Source: an uncultured Pseudomonadota bacterium
GTDB taxonomy: Bacteria > Babelota > Babeliae > Babelales > RVW-14
DNA: 64,000 nucleotides
NCBI GenBank assembly: GCA_964527595.1
Contig: CAZGPI010000005.1
Span: 1,116-65,115, forward strand
Direction of reading: 5' to 3'
Shown here: positions 45,869 through 54,870 of the stretch, one piece after another
How positions within the stretch are numbered: the first letter of the stretch is position 1
Layout: each line of letters opens with the position of its first letter
Program-made: the position numbers and the translations under genes
The notes under the pieces: model-generated
The model's database searches: none
Told to the model about the DNA's origin: nothing
The model's input: the letters and a program-made list of their open reading frames with translations, nothing else

Positions 45869-46818
45869 TATCGCTCCTCACCACCAAGCATTTTTCACGT
45901 CAAGCGCTTATCGCATGTGTATTATGTATAACTGGCTGCGCGCCAATAATGGAAACCCACAAAAAAACAGATTCGGAATACCTTATCCCTCTTGATATCG
46001 TAAACTGCCTACTCATGCCTTATTCAGAAAAAGAAATGCAGCTTATTCACAGTGACCTAAAAAATATCAAGGAGGTCTGCCTCCGCGACAAAACCCCAAA
46101 CGCAACGCCGATGTATATAGCAACAGCGGGTGGACCGGGTGCTCGTAAATCCACTATTCTTGAAATCTATCTTCACCATAGGCCAAATTGTGTTTATGCT
46201 GACCCTGACCAACGAGCGTTGAAATACATGATCAATACTTATCATCAATCACTTACCTGCTATGAAAACAGCACGCATGCAACCTATAACGACCTCCAAA
46301 AAAACGCTTACACTAAATGGCGCAGCGCTTCAAATTACATTGCCAACTCAATCATTAACGAAGCTTTCGCTAAAGGATATGACATTGCACATGGAACAAC
46401 GTCAACCACAAGCACCCTCGAACCGCTCTACAAAAAGCTGAAACAAAAAAACTATAAAATCTTATTACTCCTTTGTTATGCACCAGACGAAACAAGAATA
46501 AAGGCAAATGAAGATCGAACAAATGTTCAAGGCTTTGTTCAAGTCACTCAAGAAGACTTGGTAAATAAGGGAAAACTTTTTCATCAACGTTTTCCGACAT
46601 ACTTTGAATATGCTGACAAAATCTATTTGTATTGGACCCAAGACTTTTCAAAAGGGTCTATACATGCAGCAACCTACGAACGTGGGAAAAAACTTGTTAT
46701 TAACAACAAAGAAGCTCTGCTTAATTTTGTTGCAAAATATGATGAAGATAGAAAAAATTCCCAACTTCCATCTTTTGATGAATTAATTAACAAACAACTA
46801 ACACATAAGAGCTCATGA
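45865..46818 (+). CDS. zeta-toxin-like P-loop kinase with a lipoprotein signal
   Basis: Lipobox CITGC. Walker A is ATAGGPGARKST, followed by ADPDQ, then GYDIAHGTTSTT and a KILLLLCYAP.E.R strand. The start and stop overlap both neighbouring genes. Confidence 0.55.
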   Translation: MISLLTTKHFSRQALIACVLCITGCAPIMETHKKTDSEYLIPLDIVNCLLMPYSEKEMQLIHSDLKNIKEVCLRDKTPNATPMYIATAGGPGARKSTILEIYLHHRPNCVYADPDQRALKYMINTYHQSLTCYENSTHATYNDLQKNAYTKWRSASNYIANSIINEAFAKGYDIAHGTTSTTSTLEPLYKKLKQKNYKILLLLCYAPDETRIKANEDRTNVQGFVQVTQEDLVNKGKLFHQRFPTYFEYADKIYLYWTQDFSKGSIHAATYERGKKLVINNKEALLNFVAKYDEDRKNSQLPSFDELINKQLTHKSS

Positions 46819-47951
46819 CAACAAGAACATCCGCCTCTTCATGGGTTGAAATTGATCAACAAGCCCTCGAGCACAATATCCACTCCTACAAAACAATCAT
46901 AGGATCGTCGATATTGGCACCCGTTATCAAAAGTAACGCTTATGGCCATGGCATTGAGCTTATCGCGAAAATATGCGATCAAAACAATTTGGTTGATTAT
47001 CTTTGTGTAGTCAGTTTAAGCGAAGCTCTTTTGCTCAGATCAATCGGCATCAAAAAACCGTTATTGGTGGTAAGTATTATCGATAGAGATTTGCGGGATG
47101 CCATTGAACAAAATATCGATTTAGTCGCTTATGACCGTGAAATTATTCAAGAACTCAACGCCATCGGAAAAATGCTTAACAAAAAGGCACGGGTTCACAT
47201 TAAAATCGATACCGGTCTCTCGCGCCTCGGGTTACCAACTAATGACGCTTTATCGTTCATAACACATGTTGCGACATTACCCTATATCTCAATCACTGGA
47301 ATTTTTACCCACTTTGCAGAATCTGAATGCGCCGACCAAACATTTACCAACCACCAACTGGAACAATTTAACGCACTCATTAAACAACTTGATGCTCTTG
47401 GCATAGCAATTCCAATAAATCATACAGCCTGCTCGGCCGCGATCACCGCAAATATTCCAAGCCATTGTAGCTTTGTAAGACTTGGTATTGGGTTATATGG
47501 TTTGTGGCCGTCACCAGAAAATAAACAGATAACACAACAATTGCACCCAACCTTTTCGTTAAAACCGGTTTTAACCTGGAAAACAAGAATTATCCAAATT
47601 AAGGATATCCCGGCCGAAAGTTATATTGGCTATGATCGCACTCATCAAGTAACCCAAGCATCGCGCATTGCCATTATTCCTGTTGGTTACTGGGATGGTT
47701 ATGACCGCCGACTATCAAATAGCGGCAAGGTGCTTATCAATAATCAACTTGCGCCTATTATTGGCCGAATAGCCATGAATCTAAGCATGGTCAATATTAC
47801 TGGTTTGAATGTTTCGATGAATGATGATGTTACTTTATTGGGCAATCATCCTGGAATAACCGCCGAAGATATAGCGCAACGGTGCAACACCATTAATTAC
47901 GAGATTGTTACACGGATCAATCCATTATTACCGCGACGCATAAAGGAATAA
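46815..47951 (+). CDS. alr: alanine racemase
   Basis: The PLP-lysine motif is PVIKSNAYGHG, and the length is typical at 378 aa. Confidence 0.88.
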   Translation: MTTRTSASSWVEIDQQALEHNIHSYKTIIGSSILAPVIKSNAYGHGIELIAKICDQNNLVDYLCVVSLSEALLLRSIGIKKPLLVVSIIDRDLRDAIEQNIDLVAYDREIIQELNAIGKMLNKKARVHIKIDTGLSRLGLPTNDALSFITHVATLPYISITGIFTHFAESECADQTFTNHQLEQFNALIKQLDALGIAIPINHTACSAAITANIPSHCSFVRLGIGLYGLWPSPENKQITQQLHPTFSLKPVLTWKTRIIQIKDIPAESYIGYDRTHQVTQASRIAIIPVGYWDGYDRRLSNSGKVLINNQLAPIIGRIAMNLSMVNITGLNVSMNDDVTLLGNHPGITAEDIAQRCNTINYEIVTRINPLLPRRIKE

Positions 47952-47953
47952 TG

Positions 47954-48226
47954 TTATTTTTTCAGATCCCGATAAAAATTTTCATGCGATCCTAATGCAA
48001 GCAATACCAAGCACAGCTCTTCATCTCGAACTTCATAGGCCAAAAGTGTTAGTTGGTCTATCATTTTAAATTTGTAAACTTGAATTCCACTCAAATCACC
48101 CTTTTTAGCATCCCCAATAGATGGATTCTCTATAACTTTTCTTACAGCCCCGTCTAAATATTGCTTTTGATTTTTATGTAATTTTTTTGCCTGCTTACTA
48201 AACGTCGGCGTTTGTAAAACATTCAT
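47954..48226 (-). CDS. type II toxin, RelE/ParE superfamily (ParE-like)
   Basis: 90 aa: T..F.K..KKL......L...V..V..NP..GD.KKGDL.G..VYKF......L.AYEV......LLALGSHENFY. It lies immediately downstream of a small antitoxin-like gene. Confidence 0.7.
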   Translation of the reverse strand: MNVLQTPTFSKQAKKLHKNQKQYLDGAVRKVIENPSIGDAKKGDLSGIQVYKFKMIDQLTLLAYEVRDEELCLVLLALGSHENFYRDLKK

Positions 48227-48228
48227 AA

Positions 48229-48459
48229 TTACTTCTTACCAAAAGTGTACATTTCCAACTTGCCGGCCTTAACCTCCTGCTGAGAAACAAGCATATCCTT
48301 AATGAATTCATAGGTTAATTCAGGATTTTCTTCAGCAATTTTACCTATCTTTGCCCAATATTCTATCTGTCCAGCCACCGAACGATTAAACGCTTTAGAT
48401 ATTATTTTTGCGTCAGAAACAATAGCTTCAGATAATTTAACAGCCGTTGCCATAATCAA
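48229..48459 (-). CDS. type II antitoxin (ParD-like)
   Basis: 76 aa, RSVAGQIEYWAKIGKIAEENPELTY, with a 2-nt gap to the toxin gene. Confidence 0.6.
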   Translation of the reverse strand: MIMATAVKLSEAIVSDAKIISKAFNRSVAGQIEYWAKIGKIAEENPELTYEFIKDMLVSQQEVKAGKLEMYTFGKK

Positions 48460-48632
48460 TCCTTCTAAAATTTTTGGAAATTATATTCTTTAACATGAGT
48501 GTTAAAATAACACCAAGCGCAACCTTTTGCAACCATAAGGCAGCTTTGTTATTGTTTTGCATACACCTAATTATTGAGTATTCTTATATCTTCGATCTTA
48601 AAAGCATAAAAATATAAAGAAGCAAAGGAGAA

Positions 48633-49247
48633 ATGCATATGCCAATGTCGAACCAAATAAATGAAATTCAATTACCATCCCCATCAATCAAAAGCTCTAT
48701 TTCTATCGAAGAAGCAATCAACGAGCGATGCTCAACGCGTCAATTTAGCGGCACTCCCCTTACACTTGCAGATATAGGACAATTATTATGGGCGGCTCAG
48801 GGCATTACCCATAACCAAAGGTTGCGAACCGTTCCGTCGGCCGGGGCTCGATATCCATTAGAACTCTATCTGGTTTCAAAAAACGTCACCGATATTCCCT
48901 CTGGCATTTACAAATATAATGTGCAAACGCATGCACTTGAAAAACGTATTGATGGTGATTTTCAAGCTCAACTTTGCCAACAACCGTGTGTAACCCAAGC
49001 GGCTGCAAGCATTATTGTTTGTGGTATATATGAACGTATTGCAAAAAAATATGGCGTTGATGCCGCTGAAGAATATACCCATATGGAAGTTGGGGGTGTG
49101 GCACAAAACATACATCTTCAAGCAATATCACTTGAAATTGGCACAGTTTTTGTTGCAGGATTTGATACAGATATTGTAAAGAAAATTTTAGGCGCACCTG
49201 CAGATGAAGAACCTTTGTGTATCATGCCTCTTGGCAAATTACGTTAA
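48633..49247 (+). CDS. SagB/ThcOx-type nitroreductase-family dehydrogenase
   Basis: RCSTRQFSG.PL.L.DIGQLLWAAQGIT......RTVPSAGARYPLELYLV. Confidence 0.7.
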   Translation: MHMPMSNQINEIQLPSPSIKSSISIEEAINERCSTRQFSGTPLTLADIGQLLWAAQGITHNQRLRTVPSAGARYPLELYLVSKNVTDIPSGIYKYNVQTHALEKRIDGDFQAQLCQQPCVTQAAASIIVCGIYERIAKKYGVDAAEEYTHMEVGGVAQNIHLQAISLEIGTVFVAGFDTDIVKKILGAPADEEPLCIMPLGKLR

Positions 49248-49262
49248 TAACCGTAAAAACAA

Positions 49263-49289
49263 AAGGCGGAGATGTTTAGTCCCCGCCTT
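49263..49289. terminator. bidirectional hairpin
   Basis: AAGGCGGAGA pairs with TCCCCGCCTT, with one mismatch. Confidence 0.5.
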
Positions 49290-49316
49290 ATCACCAAAAA
49301 CTCTATTTAATCTTTA

Positions 49317-50048
49317 CTAAAACCAACCCTTAATTACCACAAATGCTGCATTACTTGTGTCTAAAAGTGCGGCCCATAAGCGACTTGATGATTCGGTAAA
49401 ATCAGGCGCTTTGGGTTCAGAATTTTTGATCATCGCTTTTTCGGTAACGGTTTTTACCGGCTCGACCTTGTCAGCGGCAACATCTTTATATTCAGTCACC
49501 GGTTTTTCCCATTTATCCCGCTCTGCTTTAAAGGCCTTTTCAATAACAGCCTCTGGCTTTTCGGCATCTTTAAGTGGCCGATCAATAACAACCCTATCGA
49601 TTTTGTTTAAAAACCAAGAACGCTCCATTTGAGACTTTTTGTCGATCCCACAAATAATTATATGCCGAGGAACTAAAAGATCCTCAATAAAGGCACCACT
49701 GCGAGTAATCACTTTCACCAAACAAAAGGCCCCATCGGGAAATCGTTTACTTTCAAAAATACTTTTTTCAATGCTCAATTCCTGAATTTTGCCAAGATCA
49801 AGCTTATTTGCCGAATCATCGGCCTCTTTCCTAATGCCACCAATGCTTGTGTGCCCAAAAAACGATATGTCTTGTATCTCTGTTACCGTTGTTTCATCAT
49901 AAATAGTGGCACATATACTTGGCTCACCCTCCTCAAGCCGTGCATAACTTGGCTCAACACCGTTAACACCACGCTTTGCACCATCACCCATACCCGCCAA
50001 TACCACCACTAATAAAAAGCTAAAAGCGCCTCGTATAAATCTTTTCAC
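49317..50048 (-). CDS. hypothetical exported protein
   Basis: AAGGAG Shine-Dalgarno 7 nt before GTG 50048. It has a signal-like N-terminus (FIRGAFSFLLVVVLAG) and a Lys/Glu-rich C-terminal half. Confidence 0.45.
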   Translation of the reverse strand: MKRFIRGAFSFLLVVVLAGMGDGAKRGVNGVEPSYARLEEGEPSICATIYDETTVTEIQDISFFGHTSIGGIRKEADDSANKLDLGKIQELSIEKSIFESKRFPDGAFCLVKVITRSGAFIEDLLVPRHIIICGIDKKSQMERSWFLNKIDRVVIDRPLKDAEKPEAVIEKAFKAERDKWEKPVTEYKDVAADKVEPVKTVTEKAMIKNSEPKAPDFTESSSRLWAALLDTSNAAFVVIKGWF

Positions 50049-50201
50049 GACAATTCTCCTTTTTACCACAACATTATCCACAAAACCAATCGTATGCCCA
50101 TCATATCAATTTGTTTTTTTTTAAAACAAGCATTAATTCTTATTGTTTTATTCTATCAGTATTTAATCGCAATTTTCCTGGTATTTCTTATGGCCACCCA
50201 T

Positions 50202-50229
50202 TTGTCTTTAAGCTTTTCTAGGCTATAAT
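50202..50229 (+). promoter_or_regulatory. sigma70-like promoter
   Basis: TTGTCT, 16 nt spacer, TATAAT, located 45 nt upstream of ATG 50275. Confidence 0.5.
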
Positions 50230-50274
50230 TACCTAAGTTAAATAATACTTTTATGACTATAAAAAAGGTCTTTT

Positions 50275-51018
50275 ATGATGAAACGTTATCTTTTTATAAT
50301 TTTCACCATTTTATGTACAGTTGCAATACCTCAATCATCGCAACTACATGCTGAAATTCCGGCCCCAATAAACACAAATATCACCACCAACCCAACTACT
50401 CAGCCTGAACAAGAAGTACAAGCAACAGCTCAAGTAGAATTGCCAACCCCACCCGTTGCAGAAACACCAAAGATTAACATCCCGCTCTTTGAGCAAATGA
50501 AAAAGAATTTATCGGACCTGTTCAAAGCTGCCGAGATATTAGATGATCAGCAAAAGTCTGCCGGTTTTCTTAAACAAAATATCACCATCGTTGAACTCAA
50601 TGAGCTCATTAAACGCGTTCAAGAAGATCTAAAGAGATTTGATCAATTGGATCGAAGCGATAAAACAGAGATCCTCAAGATTATTAAAGAAAAAGAACAA
50701 ATATTGCTCAAGCAATTTAGTGACATGGAAATTGTTTTATTGCCAAATTCTCAGCCAAAAAAACCTATATCATTTCTGACAAAAAGCGCGATAACTATTG
50801 GTGTTTTGCTTTTACTTGGCGTTGGCGTTGCCAGTTATAATAATGCCGATGGCGCTGGCCGTTCAATCCATCATTCTAACGATGTAAGTGGCCTTACCGT
50901 AAGGGATCCCAGCAGTGATGATTCATTCTTTAATCGTCTTGTAAAACCGACCGGGAATAATTTTTGCCAAAATGTTAGTGATTTTCTTAGTAAACTTGCT
51001 GACTTGACTCATCCCTAA
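50275..51018 (+). CDS. hypothetical exported protein with a coiled-coil segment and a C-proximal TM helix
   Basis: Signal peptide (YLFIIFTILCTVAIPQSSQLHA), heptad-like middle region, and a TM helix (AITIGVLLLLGVGVA). Confidence 0.45.
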   Translation: MMKRYLFIIFTILCTVAIPQSSQLHAEIPAPINTNITTNPTTQPEQEVQATAQVELPTPPVAETPKINIPLFEQMKKNLSDLFKAAEILDDQQKSAGFLKQNITIVELNELIKRVQEDLKRFDQLDRSDKTEILKIIKEKEQILLKQFSDMEIVLLPNSQPKKPISFLTKSAITIGVLLLLGVGVASYNNADGAGRSIHHSNDVSGLTVRDPSSDDSFFNRLVKPTGNNFCQNVSDFLSKLADLTHP

Positions 51019-51061
51019 TCAGGCAACTAAAATCCATCGTTTCTATAATAAATTTCTTATC

Positions 51062-51089
51062 AAGAAGGTTGCAGCATCGCAGCCTTCTT
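51062..51089 (+). terminator. rho-independent terminator
   Basis: AAGAAGGTTGC pairs with GCAGCCTTCTT (one G-U pair) and is followed by TGTTTG. Confidence 0.55.
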
Positions 51090-51298
51090 TGTTTGCTCAT
51101 GTAATGGGCGCACATTTTTACCCTAAAAAACAAGGGCTCAAATGTCAACCGGCGTTAGTTGATTTGCATAATCCTAACGATCACATGATTGAATCAAAAG
51201 ACTTAAACATACATATTAAAAAATATAAGAAATCTGGAAAAAAAATTGAATAAGACTGGGTTTTGAATTTATAGAAGTTATCGATCAGTTATATTAAC

Positions 51299-51390
51299 TG
51301 GTGGAGAGGGGGAGATTCGAACTCCCGATTCCGGTCTCCCGGAATAACGGTTTTCAAGACCGCCGCAATCGACCACTCTGCCACCTCTCC
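51299..51390 (-). tRNA. tRNA-Ser (TGA)
   Basis: The reverse complement is GGAGAGGTGGCAGAGTGG...GCGGT-CTTGAAA-ACCGT, then a long variable arm, then GGTTCGAATC..CCTCTCC-A-CCA. Confidence 0.9.
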
Positions 51391-51416
51391 GAAGTTTTTT
51401 TGATAAGAACGTAGGA

Positions 51417-51508
51417 TGGTGGAGAGAGAGGGATTCGAACCCTCGATCCGGGTTTCCCCAGATACGCACTTAGCAGGCGCGCGCTTTCGGCCACTCAGCC
51501 ATCTCTCC
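51417..51508 (-). tRNA. tRNA-Ser (GCT)
   Basis: The reverse complement is GGAGAGATGGCTGAGTGG..CGCGC-CTGCTAA-GTGCG, then a long variable arm, then GGTTCGAATCC..TCTCTCC-A-CCA. Confidence 0.9.
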
Positions 51509-51533
51509 TTTAAAAGAAAATATCAAAAAAATA

Positions 51534-51607
51534 TGCGCCCAAGAGGATTCGAACCTCTAACCGTCAGATTCGTAGTCTGATACTCTATCCAGTTGAGCTA
51601 TGGGCGC
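51534..51607 (-). tRNA. tRNA-Arg (ACG)
   Basis: The reverse complement is GCGCCCATAGCTCAACTGGATAGAG..TCAGA-CTACGAA-TCTGA..GGTTCGAATCC..TGGGCGC-A. CCA is not encoded. Confidence 0.9.
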
Positions 51608-51726
51608 TAATTTTCATTTTTAACTGGTCGTTTTCAAAGAGTGTCACGAAAAATAAGTTTTCATGGTAATATAATACCTTATTCAGCTGCTTTTTCTAGT
51701 ATTTTCTTAATTTTTTTAAGGGGAGC

Positions 51727-52017
51727 ATGGACTTGGTAATTGAAGTAAAGGTTGTTCCAAATTCAAAAAAACAATCATTCAGCCTTGGGCAACAAGGATC
51801 GATCAAGTGTACACTCAAAAGCCAACCAGAAAAAGGTAAGGCAAATGAGGAACTTATCAAACTTTTGAGCAAGACATTACGTATCCCACAACAAGATATT
51901 AAGATTCTTAGTGGACACACGAGCAAAAAAAAAATCATTAAAATTAATGTTGATGATCTTACCCTTCCCCAATTATATGCCCTGTGCAACATAGAAACCC
52001 AAACAACCATCAAATAA
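51727..52017 (+). CDS. DUF167 (YggU) family protein
   Basis: I.VKV.PNSKK.........I.C.L...PEKGKANEELIKLLSK.L.I....I.I.SGHTSKKK.IKI. Confidence 0.75.
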   Translation: MDLVIEVKVVPNSKKQSFSLGQQGSIKCTLKSQPEKGKANEELIKLLSKTLRIPQQDIKILSGHTSKKKIIKINVDDLTLPQLYALCNIETQTTIK

Positions 52018-52025
52018 GGATTGTT

Positions 52026-53228
52026 ATGCCTCAGTATACCTGGAAAGGCATCGATTTGTCCGGCTCTCAAAAGCAAGGTGCTCTTACCATAGAATCTCCA
52101 GCCCAGCTCAAAGAACAACTACTACGTGACGGTATTGCGCTTTTATCATTTGCAGAAAAAAAGCCTCACAAACCATGGCTCATTACTCGTCGAAACACAG
52201 GAGGACAATCTTCATTGATTACCTTCTTTGAATATCTATGCCACCTTATCGATAGCGGGGTACCGCTTCTTACTGCCCTAGAACTTGTCACGACACAGCT
52301 TACCGATCAAGAATTATGTTCTATCCTCAACCAAATAATCATCTGCGTTAAAAAGGGTGATGCCTTTTCAACTTCCCTTAAAGGGTATCCTGAAAAATTT
52401 TCACCAACCATTATTCAATTAATATCTGCCGGCGAAAAAACAGGAAAACTGGCGCCATCTCTTACCTATTTGTGTTCATATCTTAAAGATCAAAACACCT
52501 TCAAGAAAACACTTGTTCAATCATCAATCTTCCCACTGTTCACCATGTCATTTGGATTTATCATCATGATCGGCATACTGGTTGGCATCATTCCCCAATT
52601 TGAAAACTTTTTCAACTCAACCAATAAAACCTTACCGCCATTAACTCAAGGAATTCTCAATCTTAGTGCATGGCTTAGATCGTGGAATAGCATTATCTTT
52701 TTGGCTATTTTTATCGTTGGAATCTTTTTACTTAAACACTTAACCCCTAAAAACATTTTATCGGGCCTATTTACCAGGATTCCCTTACTGGGCAACATAA
52801 TAATAACCACCAACCTTATTAATACCTTGCGAATGTTGTCACTTTTTTTGAAGGCCGGAATACCGCTCAAAGATGCCCTTGAAACAATAGCCATTTCTAT
52901 CAAAAACCCTCACTTTCATAAAAAAATACAAAAAATAACCAATGCACTTGTCGCAGGACAAAGCATCGCAACACAACTTCCCACATTAGCATCATCAAAA
53001 GATGCCGCAATACTTAACACTTTTATTACAATTGGAGAACAAACGGGCAAGCTAGATGCAATGCTTGATAAAGCTACTGCCATTTTTGAAGAAAAGCTCA
53101 AGAATGACCTAGACGCATTTTCCTTGTTTTTTCAACCAACCCTTATGATCGTTGTTGGGCTGCTTATCGCTGTCCTCATGGCGGCCGTATACCTTCCACT
53201 TTTCAATTTGGCATATTTTTGCTCATAG
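52026..53228 (+). CDS. pilC: type II secretion / type IV pilus platform protein (GspF/PilC family)
   Basis: MPQYTWKGIDLSG..QKG.....S...LKEQLLRDGI.LLS at the N-terminus, and two repeated T2SSF domains with 3 TM helices. Confidence 0.8.
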   Translation: MPQYTWKGIDLSGSQKQGALTIESPAQLKEQLLRDGIALLSFAEKKPHKPWLITRRNTGGQSSLITFFEYLCHLIDSGVPLLTALELVTTQLTDQELCSILNQIIICVKKGDAFSTSLKGYPEKFSPTIIQLISAGEKTGKLAPSLTYLCSYLKDQNTFKKTLVQSSIFPLFTMSFGFIIMIGILVGIIPQFENFFNSTNKTLPPLTQGILNLSAWLRSWNSIIFLAIFIVGIFLLKHLTPKNILSGLFTRIPLLGNIIITTNLINTLRMLSLFLKAGIPLKDALETIAISIKNPHFHKKIQKITNALVAGQSIATQLPTLASSKDAAILNTFITIGEQTGKLDAMLDKATAIFEEKLKNDLDAFSLFFQPTLMIVVGLLIAVLMAAVYLPLFNLAYFCS

Positions 53229-53314
53229 AAACCATGGCCCACTTGCATCAGACCGATTACCTGTTAAGCTTAGTTGGAGTTTATATCGAATTCAATGGGG
53301 TTATGAGGAATAAT

Positions 53315-54751
53315 ATGAATTTTATGCACACCAAAAAAAAGTTGTACTTTATATATTTAGCACTATTCTTAAGTCCGTTTATGGCAAAAACCGAGACGCC
53401 ACAAAATGGCGCTGCTGACCATCGACCATGGATCACCATCTTTGTCCACGGCACAAGCGGAGCAACATACACATTGCTCAATTTTAACGGCCTTCTTTCG
53501 GACAATTATGAAAACACAATTTACCAAAAACTTCAAAGCCGAAACAAAAAACAAGCACTCATTCACAAAAAATGCTTTCTCTTTGAAGATGGATTACACA
53601 AAATAAGCCTTGAAGACCCAACCACAAATAGAGTTGCCAGTGCTTTTGCTACTATTTATCATGAAATTCTTGGATTAGTAGATCATCGCCAAGCCGAAAA
53701 TGCCTCCTATTATACGTTTGGCTGGAGCGGGCTACTGAGCCAGAAGGCACGGCGGCAGGAAGCTATTGCTTTTTACTCATCACTCAGCCAAGAAATTGCA
53801 TACTATAATAAGCAAGGCCTGAACCCACGAATACGTATTATCTGCCATAGCCATGGTGGCAATATTGCCCTCAATCTTGCCGGAATACATGCGTTTCTCA
53901 ACAAGAACATATTTCAAGAGACTATAACAAACACATCTGTCTCAAAAATTTCTCAGAATATTTCGCCAGAAATATTCGCCAATCTAGATCCTGGCCTTGT
54001 TATTGACGAACTTATATTGCTTGCAACGCCAATTCAAATAGAAACAGAAGAATTTTGTACTTCACCTCTATTCAAAAAGATACTCAGTTTTTATTCACAT
54101 ACCGATATCGTACAAATATCTGATTTTGTTTCAACTGATGGTCCTGGAAGCAAGCATACCATAGATCAACGCTACATTAGCCCAAAGATTATGCAGATTC
54201 ATTGCTCGGTAACTAGACACGATCTTCAACCCAAGGCGATGCCGGCAATAACAAGTGCCCCTCCCCAAGAAACAATAAGTAATAAACAAGCGGTTGTCAC
54301 ATTACTTAAAGGTCTGTTTCGAGGAAAAGAATCGAACGATATGCTTCCGGCAATAGAAAAAATGATTCAAGGGCTGGTCTACCTGTCGGATATACCTAAA
54401 GAAAAAGACTTTGACTATTATGCGCTTAAAAAAGAGCTATGCGCCATACAAAAAAACATGATCGCCCACCCACACGATCCTGTGCACACCGACTTTGTCT
54501 ATGGCTTAGAAGACAAAACGCATAAGAGCTTCTCAACTTTACCGCTTATTTTGTGGGCACCACTCTTCGCTACGCTTTTACAAGCTAACAACCCCGACCA
54601 AACCGAAGTAGATCAGCACATAATCTTAAACTACTACGATAAAACGATGAGCTTTGAAGCCCAAAATACCAGTGGGTCGGCAAAGAAAATAGATGTTCCT
54701 GAAGATATATTACGAAAACTCAAAACAACGTTTTATGCATGCCTCAATTAG
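53315..54751 (+). CDS. exported alpha/beta hydrolase, lipase-like
   Basis: Signal peptide (LYFIYLALFLSPFMA), oxyanion-type PWITIFVHGT, and the nucleophile elbow ICHSHGGNIALNLAG. Confidence 0.45.
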   Translation: MNFMHTKKKLYFIYLALFLSPFMAKTETPQNGAADHRPWITIFVHGTSGATYTLLNFNGLLSDNYENTIYQKLQSRNKKQALIHKKCFLFEDGLHKISLEDPTTNRVASAFATIYHEILGLVDHRQAENASYYTFGWSGLLSQKARRQEAIAFYSSLSQEIAYYNKQGLNPRIRIICHSHGGNIALNLAGIHAFLNKNIFQETITNTSVSKISQNISPEIFANLDPGLVIDELILLATPIQIETEEFCTSPLFKKILSFYSHTDIVQISDFVSTDGPGSKHTIDQRYISPKIMQIHCSVTRHDLQPKAMPAITSAPPQETISNKQAVVTLLKGLFRGKESNDMLPAIEKMIQGLVYLSDIPKEKDFDYYALKKELCAIQKNMIAHPHDPVHTDFVYGLEDKTHKSFSTLPLILWAPLFATLLQANNPDQTEVDQHIILNYYDKTMSFEAQNTSGSAKKIDVPEDILRKLKTTFYACLN

Positions 54752-54785
54752 CATTCACATATTTAATGAATTATTGTTAAGATGG

Positions 54786-54849
54786 ATCCCGGACTTGATC
54801 CGGGATGACAAGAAAAAAAGGCCCGCTGAAATTCAGCGGGCCTTTTTTA
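54786..54849. terminator. two adjacent hairpins, the second a bidirectional terminator
   Basis: The first is ATCCCGGA-CTTGA-TCCGGGAT (54786-54806). The second is A7-GGCCCGCTGAA/TTCAGCGGGCC-T7 (54820-54842). Confidence 0.7.
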
Positions 54850-54870
54850 TTCTAATCAAAGCAAATGAAT

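Noticed and set aside
51278-51469. 63-aa ORF on the minus strand.
   Set aside because: It lies entirely over the two tRNA-Ser genes.
51696-52118. 140-aa minus-strand ORF overlapping the yggU-family gene and the pilC start.
   Set aside because: The plus-strand products match known families (DUF167, GspF). The minus-strand product has no features.
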